Of a stretch of DNA of 20,000 nucleotides, positions 1 through 11,000 are shown in pieces (the first letter of the stretch is position 1; each line of letters starts with the position of its first letter). The notes beneath the pieces are model-generated. The model searched no databases and was not told where the DNA came from. It saw nothing but the letters and a program-made list of their open reading frames with translations. Location: contig CP154954.1 in NCBI GenBank assembly GCA_039621445.1, positions 42,206,247-42,226,246 of the forward strand. Direction: 5' to 3'. The stretch comes from Euglena gracilis (lineage: Eukaryota). The translations under genes and the position numbers were made by a program.

Positions 1-822
1 GCCTGGGGCTTGGAAAATCAAAACAATTGGATTAAGGCGTCAGCCACTTGGTCTGTGGTGGCTTCGTGGGGGGGGACCCCCATTTACTCCAAAATTACCC
101 ACAGAAGCGTAAACACATTCTGGTAACGCTTCAAACTGGGGTTTCTTCCCAGGAAATCGTTAATGGTTTGAATCTGTGCTTGTTTCCCCTCCAAAATTTG
201 CCTGAGCAAATTTTCCTATAATCCTAAAATCCTTTGTCCAATACACCTTTCTCACCCTCGGGGTGAGCCACTCTCAAGGGGTAGTTGTTCCACACACAAA
301 AGACAGGCGATGGAATATGGTCATTTTTGGGTCTGTTTTGCAATGAAAGATCACAAAAAATGACTGCCAGAAGACCAAAAATATTGAGATTTACCATCAT
401 TTTCTTTGAGATGTTTGATTTCCCCATTCTTTTTTCAGAGAACCAAAATTTTTTGTTATTTGCTTTTTCTGTATTTCTTTCTGTATATTCCATTTGTCTC
501 CAAAGTTTTTTTGTCTTCTTGTGTTTTGAACGGGGATTAAATATTTTTTTCCCATCTGTGGTAGCAACTGCTTGCTCAAGGTGCTGAAAATTGAAGTCTT
601 TTCTGAAGAAAAATAAAATGCACAAGAGATAAAACGAAAAAATTGTAAAATAGTTGAATGATTGTCCCATTGAACTGCCCCAACTTCTGTCAGTTCCCTC
701 CAGCAATCTGGCAGGACCCTTGCCACCTGAATGGAAGTTGTTAGGGTCCCCACGTCGGCAGTCATGGCGTGGCTGGTCCACCTGCCACTTGGGTGCCCGT
801 CACACCCCCATTCCTCGGAGGC

Positions 823-930
823 AACGGCGTGCCGCGGATGGCGAAGGCCGTGGCGGGGGTGCGGCAGGCGGACATCGATGGGCCGGAGGACTTCCGGTAC
901 CTGACGAGCCTGCGGTTCTCCAGCCAGTGC
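823..930 (+). CDS. Cyclase gene exon A (NGVPRMAKAVAGVRQADIDGPEDFRYLTSLRFSSQ); both ends approximate
   Basis: GC3-rich island within ORF 769..990. It shares a frame with exon B, and CGCCCGC is repeated at both candidate junctions. Confidence 0.65.
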
Positions 931-3900
931 CGCCCGCCACCACTGCCCCCCCCCCCAAAGAAAGACAACCTAAAATTGTCGGAGTTCTGAAAGGGATTGG
1001 GGTTAGGGTTTGACGAATAGGATGAAATGGACCAGAATTCATGCCTAAAGTCGGACCACTGTTACACTTAACTGCCTAATTTGGCCTAAATCTTTTCCCT
1101 GATCCTTTTCCCAACGCCAACCATAACCCTGACCCTATCCCTGCGTGTTTGAAAAGTGGACCCCCATTTAATTTGAATCCCATCCATAAAAGGGGTTATT
1201 GTTATTTTTTATTTGTGCGTTTTATAATTTGGGAATTCATCCCCCGCCAGTCGGGCAGATGCTGATGAGAGAGAGATGCTCTTTCAGCTTGAAAGAGAGC
1301 ACATACCATACAGGTGTGGGTGTTTTTATTCCAAGAGGATTGTTTGGGTACAAACAACAGTTGTACCCACGACACCAGCAGAATATCACATGAGAAATGA
1401 ATCAACGGCCAACAAAAATAATTACATGCATATCATATGTGTAGATGGCAGCTCCCGCATATATATCTACATATAACATGCATAATCCTTTAATCCCATA
1501 ATCCATTAATCCATGCATGATCCGATAATCCTTTAATATATAACTGCACATATCCTTTATAAATGAATTCACCAATCGTTCGTTTTTTTTATGTATGTTT
1601 TTCCCCATATTTTTTCTTCCCATGATTTTTGCACCGACTGCAACAGCCCCATGCCCATTGTTGCTGTGCTGTGGCCCGGAGCACCCCCCCCCCCCCCCGA
1701 CCCCCACTGGGCAGGGCGGCGCCCGCAAAGTCTGCGGTGCGGGGAGGGGCTTGACGCCGCCGCCCCCATCCTCCGTGCCCTGCAGGGGGAGTCGGGCGTC
1801 ACGCTGGGCGACGACTACCGCCCCGTCCTGGTCATCTCGGCGTACACGTACCTCCCGGCCCTCCAGGCGGCGCTGGAGCTGAAGGTCGCCCACGGGGCTG
1901 CACGTTGGCTCTGCAACAGGTGGGAAGCACTCCCCAGCCTCCAGCACTGTGACAATGCACACTACACGAGGTCTAAAGCACACCCCCAGGGTTGACGTTT
2001 TCTTTAAAAAAAAACACAAAAAAACACGTTTTCTAAAATCAACTAAATTTTTCCCCTTTTTTTTAAAACTGCAAAATGCACATTTTTGGTTCAAAAACAC
2101 CTTAGGCGGTCGACTTCGCACTTAAGCTGTTCAGAAGTTCTTTGCGCAATCGCACCAGTTCAGAAAATAATTTTTGTGCTCCATCCTTCGCTAGCAAAAC
2201 GAGGTTCATCCCCTTTTTGTGCTTTCGACTGGGCTGACTCCGGCTGGTTTTTAAGTGGCCTCTGGGAGATGCCCAGCCCCAACCCCCCCCCCCTTCTTTG
2301 GCTAGTGGCACGTTTTTGGCGATCGACAGAGACGATGTCTAGCAACCTGAGAATGGGGGAAAACACACAAAAACACTTTTTCCCCTTGGTGCTGGCACAA
2401 AAGCCTTGTGGAAAAAAGGCCCCCTTTTCGTTTAAATCGGCGAAAACCCCGTGAAAGAGGTTTCTGAAAAGCTTCTTTCCCCCCATTTCCTCCCAATAGA
2501 AGAGCGGGGCCGCTGTAAGCGCAGGGTCCAAATAAGGCGCTCCCCCGCGACGGTCCGCTACAAGTCTCAAGTCCGCTACAAGCCCCCCATTTTGATGGAA
2601 TTTCTAAAGGAAATCAACAAAAATCACGCGGCTAGGGTCCAAATGAAAACGTAACCCCCCGCTGTAAGTGCGCCAGCGCTTGTGCTAGGGGGGGGGTCGA
2701 CTTTGGGATCAGGGGATGTGGACCAGTGAAGAAAAGCCACGGAGCACCAGTTTGGGAAGGTTGAGAGGTCTGGAATGTGGGGAGAGAGTTATTGATGTTT
2801 TCAGGGTGTCGGCAGGCGTGAGTGGTGAGGGCACCGGTTACAGCCCACAACCGGCCAACGGGGAAGGGCTCTGGGAGCCAGGGTTGGAAGATGTGCTAAA
2901 GGACGTTTTCCCTGGTTTTAGAGGATGGAAGTTGGCGCCGCGTCTTTATTGTGAAGTGGAAGGGGACATTGCCACTGAATGGGATGTTGAAACAATGGAA
3001 GCTCTTGCACAATGCGCAAAAGAGTTGGTGTGCCGAGTTGTTTGTTTCAAACTGAGTCATGCACCCCCTGATTTTCATGGGGAAATGAAGCTGCTCGGAA
3101 AGGCCGACAGGATCCACTGCTACAGATGCCTTGGGGACAGGCGTGGCAAAACACAGTAGGAGATAAATTCTGTCAATCTGTCAACAGTATCAGAAGCCCT
3201 TGTTTTCACCGATATGTAGAGTCCATAGAGTAAAGACTTTTTTTTTCAGCACCCCGTGGGAATGGGAAGTGAAGAATTGTATTTATTTTTGAAACTCAGT
3301 TGCGCAATTGCGCAAGTGTTTGAAATTTACACGCCTTTGCGCAATTACGCAAGCAGCTTTTTGGTTTTTGTTTGCGCGGTTGTGCAACGAAAGGGCGATA
3401 GGACTCTGGACATCCCGAACCCGTCATTTTTGTCCCAAACGGCAGCCATTCTGGCAGCAGTTGTTGCCAGGCAGATACTCTTCGGAGCTTGTGAACTTGT
3501 CGATCAGCTCCCAGGTTCTTATCTGTGAAATTTGACTGCGTCTGAATGCGGCTCTCCCAAAAGGGCGAAAGGGGGAAAAGATACGGAGGAAAAAATGATG
3601 GGAAAAAGAACGATGGGAATAATTGGGGCACCCAATCATTTATGTTTCCCATCATTTTGCCTGGACCGTAAAATTAGGATTTCCAACATCAGATTAGGAT
3701 TTTGGCTCCAAAAATTAGGAATATCTGGTGGTTTTCCAAAGAAACCTTTTAAGTCCACTTCACCCGAAATGGATTTGGCCAAGTCCACTTTACCCCAAAA
3801 TGGACTTGGCCAAGTCCACCTTACCCCAAATGGACTTGGCCAACTCCATTTTACCCCAAAAGGACATTGCCAAGTCCACTTTACCTCAAATGGACTTGGC

Positions 3901-4932
3901 CAAATCCACTTTACCGCAAATGGACTTGGCCAAGTCCACTTTTCCCCAAACGGACAAAATATTTTCTTAGAACCCTAGATGACAAATTAAAACAACAACA
4001 ACAATAGTTATTTTTTGAAAAATAACGTTTTTTTTAGTAAAAAAACTATCAACTTTGGCAAAAGGCCAAGCCATTTGCAAAAGAAATGCTGACAAACTGG
4101 ACCAGACAGATGGCTGATTGTTGGTCATCATTCTCAATTTTTTTTCAAGAAAATCGCCCAGTCAAATTGAAGGCACAGTGACCTTGCAAGAGGAAGCGAA
4201 GCACTGCTTGGTCACTTGGCGTGAGCGATCGCAAGCAACCCCTGTACTCGTGGTCACGCTGCCCAAAGAAATGCTCCAACAGGGTGCCTTTCTGTTTGCT
4301 CTCCAAACCAGGACGTCCTCGGCGATCCCCGCCGCCCTGTGTGGGGGATGCCTCCGAGGCCGAACAGCCCTCCATCACCGTGGCCAGCCGCCCAGGCTGG
4401 GGTGCCCCCCCAGTTGCACTGAGGCTTCTTGTCCGTTTATGACTTAACTTCGCTTCTGGCCCAGTTTGTGTGGTGTGTCTGGGGTGCCCCCCCCCCCTCC
4501 AGCAGGACGGCTGTGGTGGGTGGGGCGGGGGGGGGGCACCTCGTGAGACAGGGCTGGGCCGGGCCACCCCCCCCCGCCGCCCACCCCGGCGCTGCGGGCC
4601 GCCTGGCGCTGCTCTGTGTGGAGGCGGCGGCGTGCTGCCTGGTCGCCCTCGCCTTCATCATCAAGGCCATTGTGGCGTGGATCGAGAAGGTGTGGGCGGA
4701 GGGCCAGCGCACGGTGCGGGACCAGCGCCGAGGCCGGCCCCCGCTTTTTTTTTTTTTCTTTTTTTTTTTTATTTTTTTGTTTTTTTTTCCTTTTTTTTTT
4801 TGCCTTTTTTTTCTTGTTTATTTTTTTTGTTTAATTAGTTTTTTGGTTTTTTTTTTTCTTTTTTTTTTTTTTTTCTTTCTTTTTTTTTTTTTATTTTTCT
4901 TTTTTTTTTGTTTTCTTTTGTCTTTTTTTTTT

Positions 4933-4983
<51 letters not shown>

Positions 4984-5655
4984 TTTTTCTTTTTTTTTTT
5001 TTTTTTTGCCTTGCCCCTTGCCCTGGGCCCGTGGACACCGCCGGGTGGGGGACTGGGTGGGGGGAGGGCAGCCCCTGTCTCAGCATCATTTTCCCCTTTG
5101 GGGGGCGCTTTGGGGGGGCGTTGGGGCCGCTGTTTCCGCCGCCCGTGTCCCCCTGGGGGCGGCGGGGGCGTTGTGGGGGGCGGCCTCCCGCCGGCAGCAG
5201 CTGCTGACCTTCCTGGACCGGATGTACCCGGCGTCCGTTGGCCAGCCTGCCGGTCACAAGCCAGCCCTCCTCAGCCGCAAAATCCACCCCTACCCCTTTC
5301 CCCAGGCCAATGATCAAACCTGTGTTTGCAGGAAGAGGATGATCAACGGATGAAGTGTGCCAAAAATGTCCTACAGCAAACGGGCAGCACCGCACCGCAC
5401 AACAGCGTCGCCCACACTGCCCCCGTGACCGGCCGCCTGCCGTTGCCCGGGACCTCATCCTGACGCGGCCGCGGTGCGGTGGTATGATCAGCTTCATGGT
5501 GGCGGTGCCCCACGCCTCCGTCGTGTTCGCGGACATCCACGGCTTCACCAGCACCTGCCACCGCCTCACCGCGCAGCAGCTGATGGCCGGGGCTGCCCCA
5601 GTTCCAATGCGCTTTTCGTTCTCTGGCCTCCATCTGGCCCAAAGCCTTCCTGATG

Positions 5656-5721
<66 letters not shown>

Positions 5722-8013
5722 AAGAATGGTTCATGCGTGCGGGTGTGTGTGCACTTGTCCTTCATGTGCATGCAGGTTGACCAAAGATTCTCAAACAAAA
5801 TTTTTGGTAAGGACACAAATTTTGCTGCATTTTTTTTAACTGTAATTTCCAACCGGTTTCCCAACCAGGCGTCCGTTCAAGGGCTCCCAGCCAGCACCTG
5901 CCCGTGGGTTGGGCCAGATCCCGAGGCAGACCTTCCTCGGGTACACGTTCAGTGTGATGGACGTCGTGGCCAGCCGGGCCGGGATGTGCCGCGTGAAGCT
6001 GGTCGGGGACTGCTACATGGCGGTGGCTGGGCTGCCGGGCAGCGCTGACACGCCGTGCCGCAGCGCCGTCTTCTTCGCCACGTGGTGTGCCCAGGTCTTC
6101 AGCGACCGGCCTGCCCGCTGTGCATGAACCCGAGCTGAGTCGTGTGGGGAATCTCACTGTCTTGACGCCAAACCCCACTGGTGTTTGTTTTCACCTGGCC
6201 CCTCCCCATGCCTGACAGGAATGGTGGCATGGTTGGTGTGATTGATCCCCGGGCCACGCATAATCCCTCTTTGATTTGACAAATGGATGATTGGAAACGA
6301 AGGAGGGGTGCCCGCCTGGGCAGGCACTCCAAGGCACTCCTGATCCGACCTCCCCCCCGTGGGGGGTAGCGCACACGGCCAAAAGTGCCCTAGCACAGAC
6401 CCCAGCGCCGAAGGCGCAGGGGAGCCAAGAATGGCCTATTTTCAAAAGAATGTGCCTGGGCACATGCCGAAATCAGACCCCATTAGTTGCACTAAGGCTT
6501 CTTGTCTGTTTATGGCTGGCGCCAACTCCGCTTCTGGCCCAGTTTGCTGTGTAGTGGAGAAAGTTGTCAGACAGTCATGGTCCTCGCCGAAGTTTCCTGG
6601 GAGGGGCAAAGAAAGGGAACATGACAGCTTGACATCGACCACCCCAGCACACCTTTTTGCCAGGAAGAGGTTCAAAGTATCATGCAAGCGTCATTCTTCC
6701 TAGCACAGGTATTTGCTTTTTGTGGTGTGTTCATTTCATTTTTTTTTGGTCATCAGTTTAGCTGTCTCAAAGCGTGGTGAGGGGGGTCGTCAGAAGGCAA
6801 TGTGCAACAGCAGTCTTAGCGAGCCTTTTTGCTTTGTTCTGTCTCTTCCCTGTTTCGGGGGGGGGGGGTGGGCATGGAAGGCCATTGCGGCACAGGGGGG
6901 CAGCGGGCGCTACACCCACCCGCTGCAGAACCAGGCCACCATGGACGGATTGGCCGCCTTGGCTTGCAACAAGGGGCCCTGGCCGGACCCGTGGCGCACC
7001 GATTCCACCACCACCAGTGAGATCGGGGCCGGGCTCTATGGCTTCGCGTATGTGTGTACGTGCGTTCGTGCGTGTGTCCATTTGTGCATTTGTGCATTTG
7101 TGCATTTGTGCGGTGCGGTGCGTGTTTGCGTGTGTGTGTTTGCGTGTGTGTGCGTGTGCGCGCGCGCGTGTGTGTGTGTGTGTGTGTGCATGTGTGTTCC
7201 GTGTGTGCCCCAAGTGATCGGTGTGTTTGCCATTAAGAAAGGCTTGCGCCGCTGCCTTGATGCCTGCCTCCGCCCTCAGTGGCGCTGGGCGAAGTGAAGT
7301 GCCGTCCCTGGTGGAACCCGCAGGCCATGACGCTGGCCGGCCACGGCACGCCGTGCGTCCTGCGGTACGGCATCGCCACAGGCCGCGTCACGGCGGGCGT
7401 CCTCCCCGGCAACACCCCGCCCGCCCCGGCGCTGCTCCCCCCCCTACGACCCACCCCCCTGGTCGGAGGAGAGATTATCATTGGAGGGGACAGTCCTGTG
7501 TTTCTGCATTCTTGTGGACACTGCCGCTGCTGTTTTCGCCCCTGGGTGTTGCTAACCGTCAAAAGCCAAGAGCAGGCATCAACTCAAACCCGCCAATGCA
7601 GCCAAGTCTGCCCCGAAGATGTTCAGCGGGTAGTTTTGTTGCCCCAAAGTGGTTGACTTTTGCTTTCCACCGCGGCGCTGCTTTGCCGCTGTTGTGTGAT
7701 GCCGGGGGTTCCGCCTGCCTGGCCTCTTCCAACCCCCCCCCCCCCATGCCTCGTCCCTCCGGCCACGCGGGGGCCGCCGGGATCCTGGACGTGTGGGGCA
7801 AGGTGGTCACCTTCGCCAACCAGATGGAGCGCCTCAGCCAGCCGGGGCGGGTCCTCCTCTGCTCCCAGACGTACAAGTCTGTCACGCCCAGGGCGGCGGG
7901 CAGCCTGCCCGCCCGGCAATGACGTACTCCTTTAGGGGGCGGCGACCTCTGGAAGGGGGGACAGGTGTCCTTGCCACCAGGTAAAGGTCAGACAGGGAGA
8001 CAGACACATACAC

Positions 8014-8055
<42 letters not shown>

Positions 8056-11000
8056 GGACTTGCATGCATTGATGCATGCGTGCATATATGTATGTATGCA
8101 TGCATGATGCACACATCATTCATGCATACCAGGGCGTTGCTTACCTCCCCCCCCTTGTCCAACGACTGGCCTTGTCCCCCGGTCAGTAGCGATCTTTTTC
8201 CAGGTAATCTTTTTTTCAGACGTTCGCGTTCTTTTTCTTACAACTTTCATGGCAGATTTTGTACCGAGTTAGCCAGCACATACGGGAGCCTATGTGTTGG
8301 TGCCTTGTTGATTGCCGCACGTTTCTCCCTTTTTTTCATCATGAATCTGAGAGTTGTGGCCATGTCAGGCAAAGGAAACTTTTTTTCTTCACCTTGGGGC
8401 AAAGCAGGAGGAAAAAATTTTGACCCGGTCTTGTCTAACGGCCACCCCCCCGGTCAGTAGCGAAAATAGCGACCCCCCCCCCCCACGGTCAGTAGCCATG
8501 TTCAGCGGTCGTTGGACAAGGGGGGGGGGGGTAAGAAAAATTTGATCCCCCCAGGGGGGACCCTGCCAGCCAAGCCTTTTTCCAGCTGGCAGCCCTTTTC
8601 CAGCCCCGGACCCCCTCCCCCCATCAACGAGATTGATTTATTTCCGGCCGCCCGAAGGGTGGCTAGACGGCAACAGATTTTTCACTTCCAGGAGGTACAG
8701 AAATGGGCCAAAAATGGGCCAAAAATGGCTTAGAAAAGGGTTGGCAAGGGCAAGGAAATCGTTGTTTTTTTTTAATTGGCAGTTTTTTGGACATTTTTGT
8801 GACTTCATTTTTTTGAACCCGGTTCGACCCCAAGTCGGGCCCAGCTCCAGCCTGGGACACCTATGGGGCGGGGAGGGAGGGGGTCAGCCAGCAGCCTTTT
8901 TCCAGCCAGCTCACGTTTTCCAGCCCCTGAGCTGGACCCCCCGGGAGTCCTAAGCAACTCCCTGATGCATACATACAGACATGCATTCATACATACAGAA
9001 AGAGAAATGGACAGACAGACAGACGGACGGACGGACGGACAGATGGACATACACAGGGATAAAAGTGAATTTATTCACCTTATCTATTCTCCTCTGAGTT
9101 GCATGTCAAACAAAACAAACACATGAAAGCTTTGCTTTTGCAGTTTGATTTTTTTCTTCTGCTTTTTTAAAAAAGGAGGAACCAATTGTTGTTTTTTTTG
9201 CCCCGGTTTGGCCCTGCGGGGTCCTGGAACGGCGCCGGATCTGGGCAAACTCGGTCGACTGGGGGAGATTCGGCACTTAATTAGAAGGATAGGGCTAGGG
9301 TTGGGATTGGCGCGCCGAAAATTGGCACTTTTGAGGGACCCAGTTGGGCCGGACAGTGGGTTCCGTTTTGGGAAGATCCTGAATCGCCCGTTTTTCCCAA
9401 AAATGCCCGAATTCGACCCAAATTCCCCCAAAATTCGCCCGCTGTGCAGCCGAACTCCTCCCTGAATTCCGAAACGAGGGGGCCTCCGGGAATCCGGCCG
9501 CGACCCTAACCCCATCCCTAAAAATAGCCCGACTTTCGCCTGAGGGTCGGACGGGGGGATGCTACATGGACCACTCCCCTGGAGCTACTATTTGGCCCGC
9601 GGGCCAAGTTGTAGCTTGCTGCGATTTCTTCCATCAACTTTTTGCAGCTGTCTTCATTTTTGGCTGCCGAGAGCTTTCGCCCCTCCTCGTCCCCATGGGG
9701 GTGGGGACCCGCTCTCGGCTTCCAAAAAGTCTATGCGGCCGAGCGAGAGGCCCCGGTGCCCGGCCTCCCCGAAGCCCGGACCACATCCTGGGCCGCAACC
9801 TTGATGCCTCCCGGGGACCCCCTCCCCCCGGCCCTCCCCGGGGTGGGGCCCTCCGCCCTGGCCCCGGCGGACGACGTCGCCAGCCACGCCTTCACGTTCG
9901 AGGACGGCCCGCCGCTGCCAGCCCGCCCCTCGCCCAGCGCCGCCGCCACCAGCCACTTCGTCCGCTCCGCCCGCGGCCTCCCGCCCTGCCTCGTGCCTGG
10001 GGGGGCCCCGGCCGACGTCCCCGACACGGGGGGGGGGGCGGGGGGAGGGGGCAGCTGTTGATTGCAAAGGCAGTGGTGGAGCGCAGAGCTTGCGTTGCAT
10101 GTCTGCCTGAACACTCACCTGCACCACAGGCACAGTTTTCTTTCCGAGCTCTATAGCCCTGATGTTGTTGCCAGAAACGCGAGATAAAAATTCAAACTCA
10201 ACCATCCAAAAGGAGAGGTCAAATCCTTTTCTGGAGTGCAAGGGAACTCACTGTGCCAGCAACACTGTTAGAGTGAAAATCAGATCATTTATTTCAAATC
10301 AGATCTAAAATCAGATCCAGAAATGAAAAATTCCTGGAATTATTATGAATTTTACCCGGTGATTATGGTTTTTACCTGGTGAGACTTATTTGAGCCGAGA
10401 ATCTATGGATTTCGCATGACCTATTTGTTTTTGGGGGCTCATGCCAGCTTCCATCTCTTATTGGCCACACTAATCACGAACTGTACAGAGAGTTAATTTC
10501 ATTCTTTGTATCAAGCAATTTCACTGAAATCAAACACCCGTGGATGGGTCGCGGTCGGGCTGTACAGGATTCCCCGAAACCCAATGGGTGGTCGGTGGAG
10601 GGGGTCCAACCCCCCCCCCACCCCTTCCGTATTTCTGGTGGGATTATTCGGCCAAAGTTTTCTTTACGCGACTGCCATGGTGGGTGGGGGTCGACCCCTC
10701 CCTGGGTGGGGTGCCAACCCCCCCACCAGGCCTTCCCGTACAGCCCTGGGGTGGATGGATATGAAAATAATGTGTGTGTGTGTGTATGCGTGTGTGTGCA
10801 CATGCGTGCGTGCGTGCATGTGTGGGTGGGTGGGTGGATGTGTAGGAGGGTGGGTGGGTTGGTGTTGAGATGTGGGGGTGTTGGCAGGATGGCAGTGATC
10901 TTTGCCCCCCCATGCCGCGTCGCCGGGCGCCTCGCCGGTGGAAGCGGATCGTTGGTTTGGCTGTCGGACGAACCCCGGTTGGCCACTCCCCCCCCCCCGC

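Larger units (their letters stand above)
1888..4346 (+). other. Nonconventional intron 2 (2459 nt)
   Basis: gcc-CACGGGGCTGC (from 1891) pairs with GCCGCCCTGTG-tgggg (4331-4341); +4/-6 register. Confidence 0.75.
7886..9865 (+). other. Nonconventional intron 10 (1980 nt)
   Basis: C|gccCAGGGCGG pairs with CCGCCCTGgcccc|G (8 bp perfect). Confidence 0.82.

Noticed and set aside
224-781. 185-aa minus-strand ORF
   Set aside because: AT-rich, no motif, and lies in presumed intronic DNA upstream of exon A.
3300-3955. CRISPR-like arrays
   Set aside because: Eukaryotic context, no cas genes, repeats too short or lacking unique spacers.
3532-3978. Repeat proteins (KSTLPQMDLA)n or (NGLGQVHFT)n
   Set aside because: A 30-bp minisatellite is open in several frames; it is intronic and one unit has 31 bp.
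4537-4557. Micro-exon HLVRQGW or RETGL
   Set aside because: Exon 4347-4389 gives a better Cache motif and better stems.
4429-5569. Long ORFs rich in poly-Phe (+) or poly-Lys (-)
   Set aside because: They read through the intronic poly(T) tract, which may also be of low sequence quality.
6529-6556. U2 snRNA-like words CGCTTCT..GTGTAGT
   Set aside because: Spacing and downstream sequence do not fit U2; mostly part of the dispersed repeat.
7048-7053. GTATGT donor
   Set aside because: Phase 2 does not match the phase-1 acceptor at 7279, whereas GTGAGA at 7017 does.
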